In this document: one piece after another, positions 1 through 9,940 of the stretch
Layout of the letters: every line of letters begins with the position of its first letter
How positions within the stretch are numbered: the stretch's first letter is position 1
Origin: Erysipelotrichaceae bacterium
Lineage (GTDB): Bacteria; Bacillota_I; Bacilli_A; Erysipelotrichales; Erysipelotrichaceae
Assembly: GCA_017516045.1 (NCBI GenBank)
Contig: JAFWDT010000007.1
Location: 47,954 to 111,953, forward strand
Direction: 5' to 3'
DNA: 64,000 bases
Program-made: the position numbers and the translations under genes
The notes under the pieces: model-generated
Database searches by the model: none
The model's input: the letters and a program-made list of their open reading frames with translations, nothing else
Told to the model about the DNA's origin: nothing

Positions 1-1779
1 CTTACCGAAGGTTGGATAGGATTTTCTTAAGCCTTCGTTTCTGTACCAGGTCAGACCAGGATCTGTAGCCAGCTTAGGATTTACGGTCAGAGACATGAGG
101 TAGCATGTTTCCCAGGCAGCTCCCGGAGAGATTACCTGGACACCAGGGACATCGACGACGATCGGTTCCTTGGTACTGTTGATATATTCAATTCTTGTGA
201 TTGTATGTGGCTTGTGGAATACACCTTTTGATAAGATCATGGAAATGGCGCCGGCTGACTGAACAGGTGATACTGTGAAGTTCTGAGAACCCAGAGCATA
301 CTGTTCGTTAACGTTATTAGCGACCTCAGGGTCAAAACCCAGTGTATTCAGATAATCGGCCAGCTTTGATTCACCGATGGTATTGGCTACCTTACGGTAA
401 GTCTGTACGGCACATGTATTAAGTGATTCAGCAAAGGCATACTGTACTGATACCCAGCCATGATAGATGCCGTCATCGTTTCTGATCTGAATAGGTGTAC
501 CGCCCCAGTTGATGGAATGGTCATGAATATAAGTTGATGTTCCATATCCGGCATATTCAAACGCGGTTGGATATGTCATCAGAGCCTTTGCACTGGAGGC
601 TGGCTGCCATCTGGAGTCTGTAGCCTGGTTGAACATACGTGCTCTGTCGTATCCACGTCCGCCGCATAATCCGATGATCAGGCCGGTTCCGTTTTCGATA
701 ACGGCAGCTGAATAGTTGATATAGGCATCTCTGTAAGCCTCAACTTTTCCGTCTGATACATTGTCGCAATGAGTCTGGATAGCCTGGTTCATACCGGTAT
801 AGACCTTTACGGCTGTATCATATGGATTTATATCATAGACATCTTCAAGTTCCTGAACAACAGCATCGATATATGCCTGATTAGGAATAGTCTTACCGTC
901 TACGAAGCCTGCGCTCTTTTCACCGACCAGCAGGTCTGTGACATTGACTTTCAACGCTGTTTTATATTCCATTTCGGTAATATAGCCGTGGTTAAACATC
1001 TGATAGAGAACATCTGAGGTACGTTCCTGGCATTCCAGAGGATTGTAGTATGGGTTATACAGGTTAGGAGCATTGATTACGCCTGCCAGCATGGCAGCTT
1101 CGACAAGGTTCAGTTCCTTTGCATCCTTGCCGAAATAGTAGTCAGCAGCGACCTGGACACCACGGGCTGTTGAGCCGTAGTTGGCCTTGTTGATGTATAA
1201 TTCAAGGATCTTTTCCTTTGGTACCAGCTTATTCAAACGCAGTGAATAATAGATTTCCTGTACTTTTCTGGCAATACCCTGACCGCCGGAACGGTCGGCA
1301 TTGGTGTCGCCCTGCATGAAGTAAGTATTTTTTATTATCTGCATTGTCAGGGTAGAACCGCCCTGACCGAAGCTTAATGAACTCAGGTTTTCCAGGATCG
1401 CCTTGGTAAAACGCGGAAGGTCAAATCCCGGATGTTCAAAGAAACGGGAATCTTCTACGGCTACGAAAGCGTCGATAAGGCACTGAGGCATGTCAGCATA
1501 GGAAATGTTGATTCTGTCTTCCATGCCAAGCATGGCTATTTCATTGCCCTGAGCATCGTAGATAAGTGAAGCGTCCTGGCTCTTGAGTTCATCGGGGTTC
1601 AGTTTGACATCTGATTTGTTCAGGATCAGCCATACACTGCTGACACCTGATGCTATACCTAAAATAGCGCAGAAGACAATGAATCCCATGATGCCGTTAA
1701 TGATTCTTCTTCTGGCTTTCTTTCTCTCATATTTAGTCTTTTTAGGTTTTGTAGCTTTTTTGGAATTTTTGGAATCCAC
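1..1779 (-). CDS. ponA: class A penicillin-binding protein (PBP1A-like glycosyltransferase/transpeptidase), N-terminal 593 codons; C-terminus runs off the window
   Basis: Absent from the ORF track because there is no stop in the window. My minus-strand translation from GTG 1779 gives VDSKNSKK..., a basic N-terminus and a TM helix (GIMGFIVFCAILGIASGV). It has GT51 motifs EDSRFFEHPG and GGSTLTMQ and a later SxxK-like QPASSAK. GGAGGTG lies 7 nt upstream. It sits directly downstream of recU as in Bacillus. Confidence 0.85.
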   Translation of the reverse strand, partial: MDSKNSKKATKPKKTKYERKKARRRIINGIMGFIVFCAILGIASGVSSVWLILNKSDVKLNPDELKSQDASLIYDAQGNEIAMLGMEDRINISYADMPQCLIDAFVAVEDSRFFEHPGFDLPRFTKAILENLSSLSFGQGGSTLTMQIIKNTYFMQGDTNADRSGGQGIARKVQEIYYSLRLNKLVPKEKILELYINKANYGSTARGVQVAADYYFGKDAKELNLVEAAMLAGVINAPNLYNPYYNPLECQERTSDVLYQMFNHGYITEMEYKTALKVNVTDLLVGEKSAGFVDGKTIPNQAYIDAVVQELEDVYDINPYDTAVKVYTGMNQAIQTHCDNVSDGKVEAYRDAYINYSAAVIENGTGLIIGLCGGRGYDRARMFNQATDSRWQPASSAKALMTYPTAFEYAGYGTSTYIHDHSINWGGTPIQIRNDDGIYHGWVSVQYAFAESLNTCAVQTYRKVANTIGESKLADYLNTLGFDPEVANNVNEQYALGSQNFTVSPVQSAGAISMILSKGVFHKPHTITRIEYINSTKEPIVVDVPGVQVISPGAAWETCYLMSLTVNPKLATDPGLTWYRNEGLRKSYPTFGK

Positions 1780-2366
1780 TAAAAGTCACCTCCATCGATA
1801 ATAGTATCTACAACATTCAGGTAATTGACCTTTGTAACGAAGTTGTAGGGAATAAGGACACAGTTTTCCTTAAACCATTCATATTTGACTGATCTGGCTT
1901 TCAGCTCCTTAAGTTTGTTGAGGAACATTTCAGCCGGAACGTAGTAAGTTTCATCATATACGGCAAACCTGACGATTAGGAAGGCAATACCGCCGTATTT
2001 TACCACTTTTGCCAGATGTGTCAACTGATGCGGATGTATCATAGACAGGGGCATGGAAGTCCTTGAGTGGGTCTCCTTAGCCTCAAAGTCAATGTATTTT
2101 CCGCGGTAGACACCGTTATAGTCAGTTGTTGACGGCACCTGGAAATAAGCTTCGGTGATCTTTGCGGTCTCACGTGATTTATAGTCTACGTTTACGATCG
2201 TGATAGGGGTAGGCTTCTTGTAGATGGCAGCTCTGTCGGTATCAAGATAGTACTTATTGGTATCGTTAATATCGTGTTCAAGAGTCATTCCTCTGCGGGC
2301 AGCGGAAATGCCTTTAGTTTCATAGCTGCTTTTTTTGTTCGGATATCCTACCATAAAATCACCCAA
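1779..2366 (-). CDS. recU: Holliday junction resolvase RecU
   Basis: 195 aa with the RecU-type nuclease core ...YRGKYIDFEAKET... Its TAG stop overlaps the GTG start of the PBP gene by 1 nt (TAGTG). Confidence 0.9.
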   Translation of the reverse strand: MGDFMVGYPNKKSSYETKGISAARRGMTLEHDINDTNKYYLDTDRAAIYKKPTPITIVNVDYKSRETAKITEAYFQVPSTTDYNGVYRGKYIDFEAKETHSRTSMPLSMIHPHQLTHLAKVVKYGGIAFLIVRFAVYDETYYVPAEMFLNKLKELKARSVKYEWFKENCVLIPYNFVTKVNYLNVVDTIIDGGDF

Positions 2367-2481
2367 AATATTATAATAAATATATCACGCAAATACAAAC
2401 AATTAAACAGAATGTGTTTGAAATCACAAAATCTTAATAATTTGCGTCAGTATTTATTAAGAATACCAAGGAGCAGTTAAT

Positions 2482-3816
2482 ATGAGTTATATTCAGGAAA
2501 TCAATGATGTCTTATCACATAAGTATGCCAGTGAACCGGAATTCCTGCGGGCAGTCAGGGAAGTCCTTTCTTCGATCGAACCGGTAGTTTCCGCTAATGA
2601 AGATAAATACCGTCAGAATGCCATTCTCGAAAGACTGGTAGAACCGGAAAGAATAATAGTATTCAGAGTTCCATGGATCGACGACAAAGGTCAGGTTCAT
2701 GTCAACAGAGGCTACAGAATTCAGTTCAACAGTGCCATCGGACCTTATAAGGGCGGCCTGCGTTTCCATCCGTCAGTAAACATCAGCATTCTCAAGTTTC
2801 TGAGCTTTGAGCAGATTTTCAAGAACTCCCTGACCGGACTGCCTATCGGCGGCGGCAAGGGGGGCAGCGATTTTGATCCTCATGGCAAAAGCGACAGAGA
2901 AGTCATGGCTTTCTGCCAGAGTTTCATGAACGAGCTTTACAAATATGTCGGTGCCGATGAAGACGTCCCGGCTGGCGATATTGGAGTCGGAGCCAGAGAA
3001 ATAGGTTATCTTTTCGGGCAGTACAAGCGCCTTAAGAATTTGCATGAAGGAGTACTGACCGGCAAAGGCATAAGCTATGGCGGTTCATTAGCCAGGACCG
3101 AAGCCACCGGATATGGCCTGATCTATATGGTCAATGAGATACTGTCTCATAATAACGATACCCTGGCTGGCAAGAGAGTACTTGTATCAGGCAGCGGTAA
3201 TGTAGCCATCTTTGCCATTGAAAAAGCTCAGCAGATGGGTGCTCAGGTTCTGACCTGCAGCGATTCAAATGGAACCATTTATGATCCTGATGGCATAAAG
3301 CTTGATGTCGTAAAGAAAATCAAACTGGAGAGAAGAGGAAGAATATCAGAGTATCTGAAGGAAGTCAGCACAGCTGAATATCATGAAGGAGAAAGACCTT
3401 GGAATATTCCTTGCGATATCGCATTGCCATGTGCCACTCAGAATGAAATTGAGGAAAAGGATGCCCTGAATCTGATTAACAATGGCTGTCGCTACGTAGT
3501 CGAAGGAGCAAACATGCCGTCTTCCTACGAAGCAATACATGAATACAGGAGAAACGGTATCATTTTCATGCCGGGTAAGGCATCCAATGCCGGCGGTGTA
3601 GCTGTCAGTGCTCTGGAAATGGCTCAGAACTCCCGGAGAGTCAGCTGGACCTTTGAAGAAGTGGATAAGATGCTCCACAGGATCATGGCTGACATCTACT
3701 CTAAGGTATCTTCCGCAGCCGAAAAATATGGCTGTGAAGGGGACTTCATGGCAGGTGCAAACATTGCCGGTTTTGAAAAGGTAGCAGAAGCCATGATGGC
3801 ACAGGGAATTGTCTGA
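2482..3816 (+). CDS. gdhA: NADP-type glutamate dehydrogenase
   Basis: 444 aa with Glu/Leu/Phe/Val dehydrogenase signatures GGLRFHPSVN and PIGGGKGGSDFDP. AAGGAG SD upstream. Confidence 0.93.
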   Translation: MSYIQEINDVLSHKYASEPEFLRAVREVLSSIEPVVSANEDKYRQNAILERLVEPERIIVFRVPWIDDKGQVHVNRGYRIQFNSAIGPYKGGLRFHPSVNISILKFLSFEQIFKNSLTGLPIGGGKGGSDFDPHGKSDREVMAFCQSFMNELYKYVGADEDVPAGDIGVGAREIGYLFGQYKRLKNLHEGVLTGKGISYGGSLARTEATGYGLIYMVNEILSHNNDTLAGKRVLVSGSGNVAIFAIEKAQQMGAQVLTCSDSNGTIYDPDGIKLDVVKKIKLERRGRISEYLKEVSTAEYHEGERPWNIPCDIALPCATQNEIEEKDALNLINNGCRYVVEGANMPSSYEAIHEYRRNGIIFMPGKASNAGGVAVSALEMAQNSRRVSWTFEEVDKMLHRIMADIYSKVSSAAEKYGCEGDFMAGANIAGFEKVAEAMMAQGIV

Positions 3817-3835
3817 TTTAAAGTTCAAAAATCTA

Positions 3836-3864
3836 TTGAAACACCATATTTATTATGATAAAAT
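3836..3864 (+). promoter_or_regulatory. sigma-A-like promoter of the rplU-prp-rpmA operon
   Basis: TTGAAA (3836-3841), 17-nt spacer, TGaTAAAAT extended -10 (hexamer 3859-3864). Confidence 0.5.
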
Positions 3865-3865
3865 A

Positions 3866-3960
3866 TTGCCGTTGCAGCTTCGAATGAAGCTTCAACCGCT
3901 CTTCATAAGGTTCAAAGTACGAAAGTCACCTTATTAGGCGAGTCTAAGTAGAAATAGGAG
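3866..3960 (+). promoter_or_regulatory. probable ribosomal L21 leader (structured 5'-UTR of rplU)
   Basis: A roughly 100-nt untranslated leader lies between the promoter and rplU and contains the hairpin AGCTTCgaatGAAGCT. Its position matches the Firmicute L21-leader class. No covariance model was run. Confidence 0.35.
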
Positions 3961-3968
3961 GTGTAGCT

Positions 3969-4280
3969 ATGTACGCAATTATTGAAACAGGCGGCAAGCA
4001 GTTAAGAGTTGAAGAAGGACAGGAAATCTTCGTTGAAAAGTTAGATGCTGAAGCAGGTGCTGAAGTTGTCTTCGACAAGGTAGTTCTCGTTTCTGATAAG
4101 ACTGCTAAGGTTGGTGCTCCTTATGTTAAGGGTGCCAAGGTAACTGCAGAAGTCAATAAGCAGGGTAAGGGCAAAAAGATCATGATCTTCAAGTACAAAC
4201 CTAAAAAGGGTTCTACTCGCAGACGTCAGGGTCATCGTCAGCCATATACCAAGTTAACTATTAAGTCAATTGAGGCTTAA
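3969..4280 (+). CDS. rplU: 50S ribosomal protein L21
   Basis: 103 aa beginning [11 protein letters not shown]..., the canonical L21 N-terminus. AGGAGGTG SD. Confidence 0.97.
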   Translation: MYAIIETGGKQLRVEEGQEIFVEKLDAEAGAEVVFDKVVLVSDKTAKVGAPYVKGAKVTAEVNKQGKGKKIMIFKYKPKKGSTRRRQGHRQPYTKLTIKSIEA

Positions 4281-4282
4281 TT

Positions 4283-4603
4283 ATGATCTGGGTTAAATAT
4301 CAGACCCGTAACGACGCATTTGTCTCACTCGACATTTCAGGACATGCCAGATTCCGGGAGGAAGGGCAGGATATAGTCTGTGCGGCAGCATCACTTACAG
4401 GAGTAGGGCTGCTGAACGCAATTGATGAAATGGAGCCGGACAGCTGTGAATTGATTAAGGAAGACAATCACATCCATGTGCAGGTACTGCAGGACAGTGA
4501 GAAGCTTCAGACCATTCTTACAGCATCCTATCATATGTATAAAACACTTGAGTACAGATTTTCGATGTATGTAAGAGTTAGAAAAACGGAGGTAAAATCA
4601 TGA
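4283..4603 (+). CDS. prp: ribosomal-processing cysteine protease Prp
   Basis: 106 aa lying between rplU and rpmA. The His and Cys dyad context is present (SGHARF...DIVCAAAS). Confidence 0.9.
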   Translation: MIWVKYQTRNDAFVSLDISGHARFREEGQDIVCAAASLTGVGLLNAIDEMEPDSCELIKEDNHIHVQVLQDSEKLQTILTASYHMYKTLEYRFSMYVRVRKTEVKS

Positions 4604-4884
4604 GATTTGTATTAGATATCCAAATGTTCGCATCTAAAAAAGGTGTAGGTTCTACCAAGAACGGACGTGACTCAGAATCTAAACGCTTAGGTGCCAAGAA
4701 GGCTGATGGACAGTTTACCAACGCTGGTTCAATCATTTACCGTCAGAGAGGAACAAAGATCCATCCTGGCGTTAATGTAGGACGCGGTGGAGATGATACC
4801 TTATTTGCTTTATGTGCCGGCATCGTTAAGTACGAAAGACTCGGCAAGGATAAGAAACAGGTATCTGTTTATCCGGTAGCTTAA
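4600..4884 (+). CDS. rpmA: 50S ribosomal protein L27 with N-terminal propeptide
   Basis: 94 aa. [10 protein letters not shown] precedes [15 protein letters not shown], the Prp cleavage context. ATGA overlap with the prp stop. Confidence 0.96.
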   Translation: MRFVLDIQMFASKKGVGSTKNGRDSESKRLGAKKADGQFTNAGSIIYRQRGTKIHPGVNVGRGGDDTLFALCAGIVKYERLGKDKKQVSVYPVA

Positions 4885-4895
4885 TTCAAGACAGT

Positions 4896-4922
4896 AAGGG
4901 CGAGTTATTCGCTCTTTTGTTT
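4896..4922 (+). terminator. intrinsic terminator after rpmA
   Basis: Hairpin AAGGGCGAG/TTCGCTCTT (two G-U pairs) followed by a TTGTTT run. Confidence 0.45.
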
Positions 4923-4938
4923 AGCGGGGGGGTGCACG

Positions 4939-4967
4939 TTGAGTTATGCATCCAAAAATAGTATTAT
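4939..4967 (+). promoter_or_regulatory. candidate promoter for obg
   Basis: TTGAGT, 17-nt spacer, TATTAT. Confidence 0.35.
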
Positions 4968-4992
4968 TAAAAAGGAAAGTCAGTAGGTAATT

Positions 4993-6282
4993 ATGCATTT
5001 TATTGATCAGACATCATTAATTCTAAAAGCAGGAAAGGGCGGCGATGGAATCGTCTCTTTCAGACGTGAAGCACACGTCCCTTTAGGAGGACCTTTTGGC
5101 GGTGACGGCGGTAAGGGCGGAAGTATCATTTTTGAAGTTGATACGCATAAAAGTACCCTGCTGGATCTGCATTTTCTGAAGATGATAACGGCACAGTCGG
5201 GTGAAAACGGCAAGACCAAGAAAATGCATGGAGCTGACGGAGAGGACAAGATCGTCAAAGTACCGTTAGGTACAGTTGTAAGAGATAAGAGCGATAACCG
5301 CATCATCGCTGACCTGACTCATCCCGGCCAGCAGGCAGTCATTGCCAGAGGCGGAAAAGGCGGTCGCGGTAATTTCCACTTCAAGTCTGCCCGCAATCCG
5401 GCTCCGGATTTCTCCGAAAAGGGTGAAGAAGGACAGCAGCTGGAAGTTGAAATTGAACTGAAACTGCTGGCTGATGTAGGACTGGTGGGATTCCCTTCAG
5501 TAGGAAAGAGCACCATCTTATCGGTAGTGTCAGCAGCCAGACCGGAAATAGCTGATTATCCGTTTACCACGCTTGTTCCTAACCTGGGCGTTGTCAGAGT
5601 ACCTGACGGACGTTCATTTGTACTGGCTGACATGCCGGGACTGATCGAGGGAGCTTCCCAGGGCAAGGGACTGGGTTTTGATTTCCTCAGACACATTGAA
5701 AGAACCAGAGTGCTGATTCATGTGCTGGACATGTCTCCGGCATCAGGCAGAGATCCTCTGGAAGACTATGAAATAATCAATAATGAAATGGGTACATACC
5801 GTTTCAATCTGCTGCAGAGACCGCAGATCGTTGTAGCTAATAAGATGGATGAAGATGGAGCTGAAGAGAATCTGGAAAGATTCAGAAAGGCGCATCCGGA
5901 CCTGGAAGTATTCCCGACAACGGCACTTATTGCAGAAGGTCTGCAGGAGGTTCTTTACAGAGCAGCCGATCTGCTGGATGTTACGGAACCGTTCCCGTTA
6001 CAGCAGGATGAAAACATCGGCGTACTTTACAAGTATGAACCGGAGCCTGAACCATTTACGATCAGAAATCTGGGTAACGGTCAGTGGGTCGTTGAAGGCG
6101 ATGAGATCAACCGTCTGTTCTCCAGAACGGATTTTGAAAACGAACAGCAGGTCATGCAGTTTGGAATCGCCCTGAGAAAAATGGGTGTTGATGCTGCCCT
6201 GCGTGAAAAGGGAATCCAGGAAAAAGATACGGTATTCATCAATGACTTCGGCTTTGAGTTTACCGATATGGATGAAGAGTAG
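4993..6282 (+). CDS. obg: GTPase Obg/CgtA
   Basis: 429 aa with a Gly-rich Obg fold (GGDGGKGG), G motifs GFPSVGKST, DMPGLIEGA and NKMD, and a C-terminal OCT domain. Confidence 0.96.
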   Translation: MHFIDQTSLILKAGKGGDGIVSFRREAHVPLGGPFGGDGGKGGSIIFEVDTHKSTLLDLHFLKMITAQSGENGKTKKMHGADGEDKIVKVPLGTVVRDKSDNRIIADLTHPGQQAVIARGGKGGRGNFHFKSARNPAPDFSEKGEEGQQLEVEIELKLLADVGLVGFPSVGKSTILSVVSAARPEIADYPFTTLVPNLGVVRVPDGRSFVLADMPGLIEGASQGKGLGFDFLRHIERTRVLIHVLDMSPASGRDPLEDYEIINNEMGTYRFNLLQRPQIVVANKMDEDGAEENLERFRKAHPDLEVFPTTALIAEGLQEVLYRAADLLDVTEPFPLQQDENIGVLYKYEPEPEPFTIRNLGNGQWVVEGDEINRLFSRTDFENEQQVMQFGIALRKMGVDAALREKGIQEKDTVFINDFGFEFTDMDEE

Positions 6283-6292
6283 GTGATATCTG

Positions 6293-6874
6293 ATGATTAG
6301 ATTTATTAGGGGAACTGTTTATTCATTTGGCCTTGATTACGTCATAATTGACTGCAACGGTGTAGGATATTACATCAGTTTTACCCATCAGGACATGCTG
6401 TCTCTGGGACAGACTGTTACCATTTTCACCTATCAGCAGTTCCGTGAGGATGCTCAGGTACTGTATGGTTTCCTGGACATAAAGGAACTTGAACTGTTTG
6501 AAAAGCTGATTTCTGTTAAGGGCTTAGGTCCTAAGACTGCCATGAACATGCTTTCAGCAGCCAGATATACTGATATCATCAGTGCAATTGAAAACGGTGA
6601 GATAGAATTTCTTACCAGACTGCCTTCACTTGGCAGCAAGACCAGCCGCCAGATCATTCTGGATCTGAAAGGCAAGCTTGTCGAAGATGAAAAGGCTGCT
6701 AGTGGAAAGAATACCATCGAACTTGAAGAAGCTGTATCCGGTCTGAAATCCTTAGGATATAAGGCCTATGAGATCAATACAGTATTGCCGGAACTCAGAA
6801 AGAAAAGCGGTGCTACCGCCGAAGAACTTCTCAGAGAAGGCTTAAGGCTTATAATGCGGCGTAAGGGAGGATAG
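6293..6874 (+). CDS. ruvA: Holliday junction DNA helicase RuvA
   Basis: 193 aa with the MIRFIRG... N-terminus and HhH motifs (VKGLGPKTA). Adjacent to ruvB. Confidence 0.93.
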   Translation: MIRFIRGTVYSFGLDYVIIDCNGVGYYISFTHQDMLSLGQTVTIFTYQQFREDAQVLYGFLDIKELELFEKLISVKGLGPKTAMNMLSAARYTDIISAIENGEIEFLTRLPSLGSKTSRQIILDLKGKLVEDEKAASGKNTIELEEAVSGLKSLGYKAYEINTVLPELRKKSGATAEELLREGLRLIMRRKGG

Positions 6875-6876
6875 AC

Positions 6877-7884
6877 ATGGACAGACTGATGAATGCAGAC
6901 AAGAGCATAACTGACGATGAAGCCAGTCTGAGACCCACTACGCTGGATACATATGTAGGACAAAGCGGCATCAAGGCTAATCTCAAGATATACATGGAGG
7001 CAGCCAAGAAAAGAAATGAAACGCTTGACCATGTTCTGCTTTATGGTCCTCCTGGTTTAGGTAAGACAACTCTGGCATACATAATTGCCAACGAAATGGG
7101 CGGCAGCATCAGGATCACCTCAGGTCCTTCAATCGAGAAGAGCGGTGATCTGGCAGCCATCCTATCATCGATAAATCCCGGTGACATTCTCTTCATAGAT
7201 GAAATTCACCGTCTTCCTAAGCAGGTTGAGGAAGTTCTCTATCCGGCCATGGAAGACTTTGCGATAGACGTAGTTGTTGGAAAGGACTCTTCTGCGCGTA
7301 CTTTAAGACTGGAACTGCCGCCGTTTACCCTGGTTGGAGCTACTACCAGGGCAGGCGATATAACCGCTCCTTTACGTGACAGATTCGGTATTATCAATAA
7401 ACTGGATTATTACTCAACGGAAGAGCTGTCTCAGATCATCAAGAGAACAGCCCGTGTCCTGGAAACCGGTATTACCGATGATGCTGTAGTGGAACTGGCA
7501 ACCCGTTCCAGAGGTACGCCGCGTATTGCCAACAGACTTTTCAGAAGAGTAAGAGACTTTGCTCAGATCCTCAGAGAAGACGGTACGATCGATCTGGAAA
7601 TTGCCAATCTGGCTCTGGACAGACTGAAAGTTGACAAGCTGGGACTGGACGATGTTGACCAGAGATACATCATGGGAATCATTCAGAGATTCAAAGGTGG
7701 TCCTGTCGGGGTTGAAGCCTTAGCCAACAGCATTGCAGAGGAAATAACCACGCTGGAAGATGTCTATGAACCGTATCTGCTGCAGATAGGATTCATTCAG
7801 CGTACACCGCGCGGACGTATCGCTACAGCGAAGGCCTATGAGCATTTCGGCATACCTGTTCAGCAGGATCTGTTTTCAATTTAA
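6877..7884 (+). CDS. ruvB: Holliday junction DNA helicase RuvB
   Basis: 335 aa with Walker [10 protein letters not shown], the FIDEIHR motif and [10 protein letters not shown]. Confidence 0.97.
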   Translation: MDRLMNADKSITDDEASLRPTTLDTYVGQSGIKANLKIYMEAAKKRNETLDHVLLYGPPGLGKTTLAYIIANEMGGSIRITSGPSIEKSGDLAAILSSINPGDILFIDEIHRLPKQVEEVLYPAMEDFAIDVVVGKDSSARTLRLELPPFTLVGATTRAGDITAPLRDRFGIINKLDYYSTEELSQIIKRTARVLETGITDDAVVELATRSRGTPRIANRLFRRVRDFAQILREDGTIDLEIANLALDRLKVDKLGLDDVDQRYIMGIIQRFKGGPVGVEALANSIAEEITTLEDVYEPYLLQIGFIQRTPRGRIATAKAYEHFGIPVQQDLFSI

Positions 7885-7907
7885 TGGCACACAGTGCCAT
7901 TTTTTTC
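7884..7907 (+). terminator. intrinsic terminator after ruvB
   Basis: ATGGCAC-aca-GTGCCAT followed by T6. Confidence 0.8.
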
Positions 7908-7956
7908 TCTTTATATTTATTCCGTGTTAACATATAATAAACGTGGTGATTATTTC

Positions 7957-9045
7957 ATGAAAGTACTTATCGCAACAGGCGGAACAGGCGGACATATCTA
8001 TCCTGCCATTTCCTTAGCTGATTATCTTGCCAAGAATTACAAGAACATGAGCTTCATGTTCGTCGGCAATTCAGACAGAATGGAAAGCACGATAATTCCG
8101 GAATTGGGTTATCGTTTTTTAGGTATTACGGCTGCCAAGTTCAACGGAGCAGATAACAGACTTGCTGCCCTGAAAACTCTGTACAGATCATACAAGGAAT
8201 GCATCAGGGTCGTTGAAAGCTTCCAGCCTGACATTATTGTCGGATTTGGCGGATATGTTACAGTACCTGTCATCATGGCTGGTGTTCACTGCGGCGTTAA
8301 GACAGTGATTCATGAACAGAATTCCTTTGCCGGTATGGCAAACAAGGCACTGAGCCATTTTGTCAATAAGGTCATTACGGTTTATCCGAATGTCGGATCT
8401 TCGTTCCCTAAGCGCAAGGTCGTCAATCTTGGCAATCCGCGTGAAAGCGCTGTTCTGGATCTGACGGTCGACAAGAGAACACTGGAAACAAACGGCTTTG
8501 ATATTTCCAGAAAAACACTTCTGATCGTAATGGGATCTCTGGGATCAGTAACCGTCAATCAGAAAATGACGGAGATCCTTAACCGCATGAAGGAAAAGAA
8601 CTATAACGTTATCTACGTTACGGGCAAAAACAATTATGATGACATGATCGGGAAAGTTGCGGAAAGTGAAAACGTCAGGATCGTTCCGTATATTGATCAG
8701 TTCAGAGTAGCCAGTGCATGCGATCTGATCATTTCACGCGGCGGGGCAACAAGTGCCTGTGAATACATGGCTCTGGGACTGCCTTCAATTATTGTCCCTA
8801 GTCCATATGTTACCAATAATCACCAGTACTACAATGCCAAGAGCATGGTTGATAACGGTGCCAGCTTCCTCATTGAAGAAAAGGATCTGGACGCTGATGT
8901 CCTGCTTGACAAAGTCGATGAACTTCTGGGTGATGACATGAAACTGCAGAACATGTCAAAAGCCGCCAAGGCCATGTCCCATCCATATGCAGCCAGAGAC
9001 ATCAGTGAATTGCTGTTTAAAGTAGCAGGTATAAAATATGAATGA
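7957..9045 (+). CDS. murG: UDP-N-acetylglucosamine--LPS... lipid I N-acetylglucosaminyltransferase MurG
   Basis: Start chosen at MKVLIATGGTGGHIYPA (ATG 7957). The ORF-track start at 7894 adds 21 non-homologous residues overlapping the terminator. Confidence 0.92.
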   Translation: MKVLIATGGTGGHIYPAISLADYLAKNYKNMSFMFVGNSDRMESTIIPELGYRFLGITAAKFNGADNRLAALKTLYRSYKECIRVVESFQPDIIVGFGGYVTVPVIMAGVHCGVKTVIHEQNSFAGMANKALSHFVNKVITVYPNVGSSFPKRKVVNLGNPRESAVLDLTVDKRTLETNGFDISRKTLLIVMGSLGSVTVNQKMTEILNRMKEKNYNVIYVTGKNNYDDMIGKVAESENVRIVPYIDQFRVASACDLIISRGGATSACEYMALGLPSIIVPSPYVTNNHQYYNAKSMVDNGASFLIEEKDLDADVLLDKVDELLGDDMKLQNMSKAAKAMSHPYAARDISELLFKVAGIKYE

Positions 9046-9940
9046 TTTTACATATAAGCTTCGTCAGTTTGGCGACGTTGAAGAAAATGTTTCCTTTACC
9101 CGTCTGACAACATATAAAGCCGGTGGCACAGCTCATTACGTGGTATATCCCCGCAGTCTTTTTGATTTGCAGTCAGTACTGGGGCTGTGCGCTGAAAACG
9201 GTGTAGAGTATAAAGTGTTTGGAAACGGATCAAACATCCTGTGTTCCGATGAATTCTATGACGGTGTCATAATCAGACTTAACCGCTTCCTTAATCAGTT
9301 TCATTATGAGAATAATGAACTGGTAGCACGGGCAGGATGTTATATAATTGCTCTGGCTTATGACGCCATGAAGAATAATTTTTCAGGGCTGGAATTCGCC
9401 AGCGGCATCCCGGGTACTCTGGGAGGCTGTCTGTTCATGAATGCCGGTGCCTATAAGGTGTCAATGTCTGATGTTGTTACTCAGGTGCAGGTTCTGATGG
9501 GAAATGAGATCGTATGGCTGAACAATGAAGAATGCGAATTTGGCTATCGCAGTTCGATCTTCCAGAAACATCCTGAATGGATCATACTGGCCGCCAGAAT
9601 ATCTCTGAAACCTGGCAATAAGGAAGAAATACAGAAGGTAATGAATGCGCGTCAGCGGCGCCGCTTCGAAACACAGCCATTGGACATGCCTTCCGCAGGA
9701 AGCGTTTTCCGCAATTTGGAAGAACATTTCGCCTGGGAGTATGTTGATATGATAGGATACCGCGGAAAGAACATAGGCGGTGCCTGTGTGTCTCCTAAGC
9801 ATTCTAATTTCATCGTAAATACTGGCAATGCCACAGGCAGTGACATTCTGAATCTAATTGAAGAAATACAGCGTCAGGTTCAGCAGCAGTTTGGTGTTGA
9901 ACTGATGATGGAAGTGGAGAAGTTTAATTGGAAGAACTAA
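9038..9940 (+). CDS. murB: UDP-N-acetylenolpyruvoylglucosamine reductase MurB
   Basis: 300 aa with the FAD-binding pattern TYKAGGTA...GNGSNIL and C-terminal SNFIVN. Overlaps murG by 8 nt. Confidence 0.94.
   Translation: MNDFTYKLRQFGDVEENVSFTRLTTYKAGGTAHYVVYPRSLFDLQSVLGLCAENGVEYKVFGNGSNILCSDEFYDGVIIRLNRFLNQFHYENNELVARAGCYIIALAYDAMKNNFSGLEFASGIPGTLGGCLFMNAGAYKVSMSDVVTQVQVLMGNEIVWLNNEECEFGYRSSIFQKHPEWIILAARISLKPGNKEEIQKVMNARQRRRFETQPLDMPSAGSVFRNLEEHFAWEYVDMIGYRGKNIGGACVSPKHSNFIVNTGNATGSDILNLIEEIQRQVQQQFGVELMMEVEKFNWKN

Noticed and set aside
769-1801. Plus-strand ORFs at 769-1017 and 1583-1801.
   Set aside because: Both lie antisense within the well-supported PBP1A coding region on the minus strand and have no homology features.
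2515-3828. Minus-strand ORFs at 2515-2769, 2773-3045 and 3346-3828, antisense to gdhA.
   Set aside because: They are antisense shadows of a highly conserved gene, with no SD or family resemblance. The same reasoning applies to the antisense ORFs inside polC (15895-16299, 18250-18804), recG, ileS, pheT, ftsK, rnj and others.
7894-7956. N-terminal extensions proposed by the ORF track for murG (7894), comGA (26642), efp (30280), pheS (44920), pheT (45986), pgsA (49727), rny (51912), ymdB (53515), pyrH (59937), frr (60649), dxr (62644) and the yloV-like gene (11209).
   Set aside because: In each case a downstream ATG is preceded by a proper SD and matches the conserved N-terminus of the family. 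The extensions run through terminators, T-box structures or upstream gene ends.
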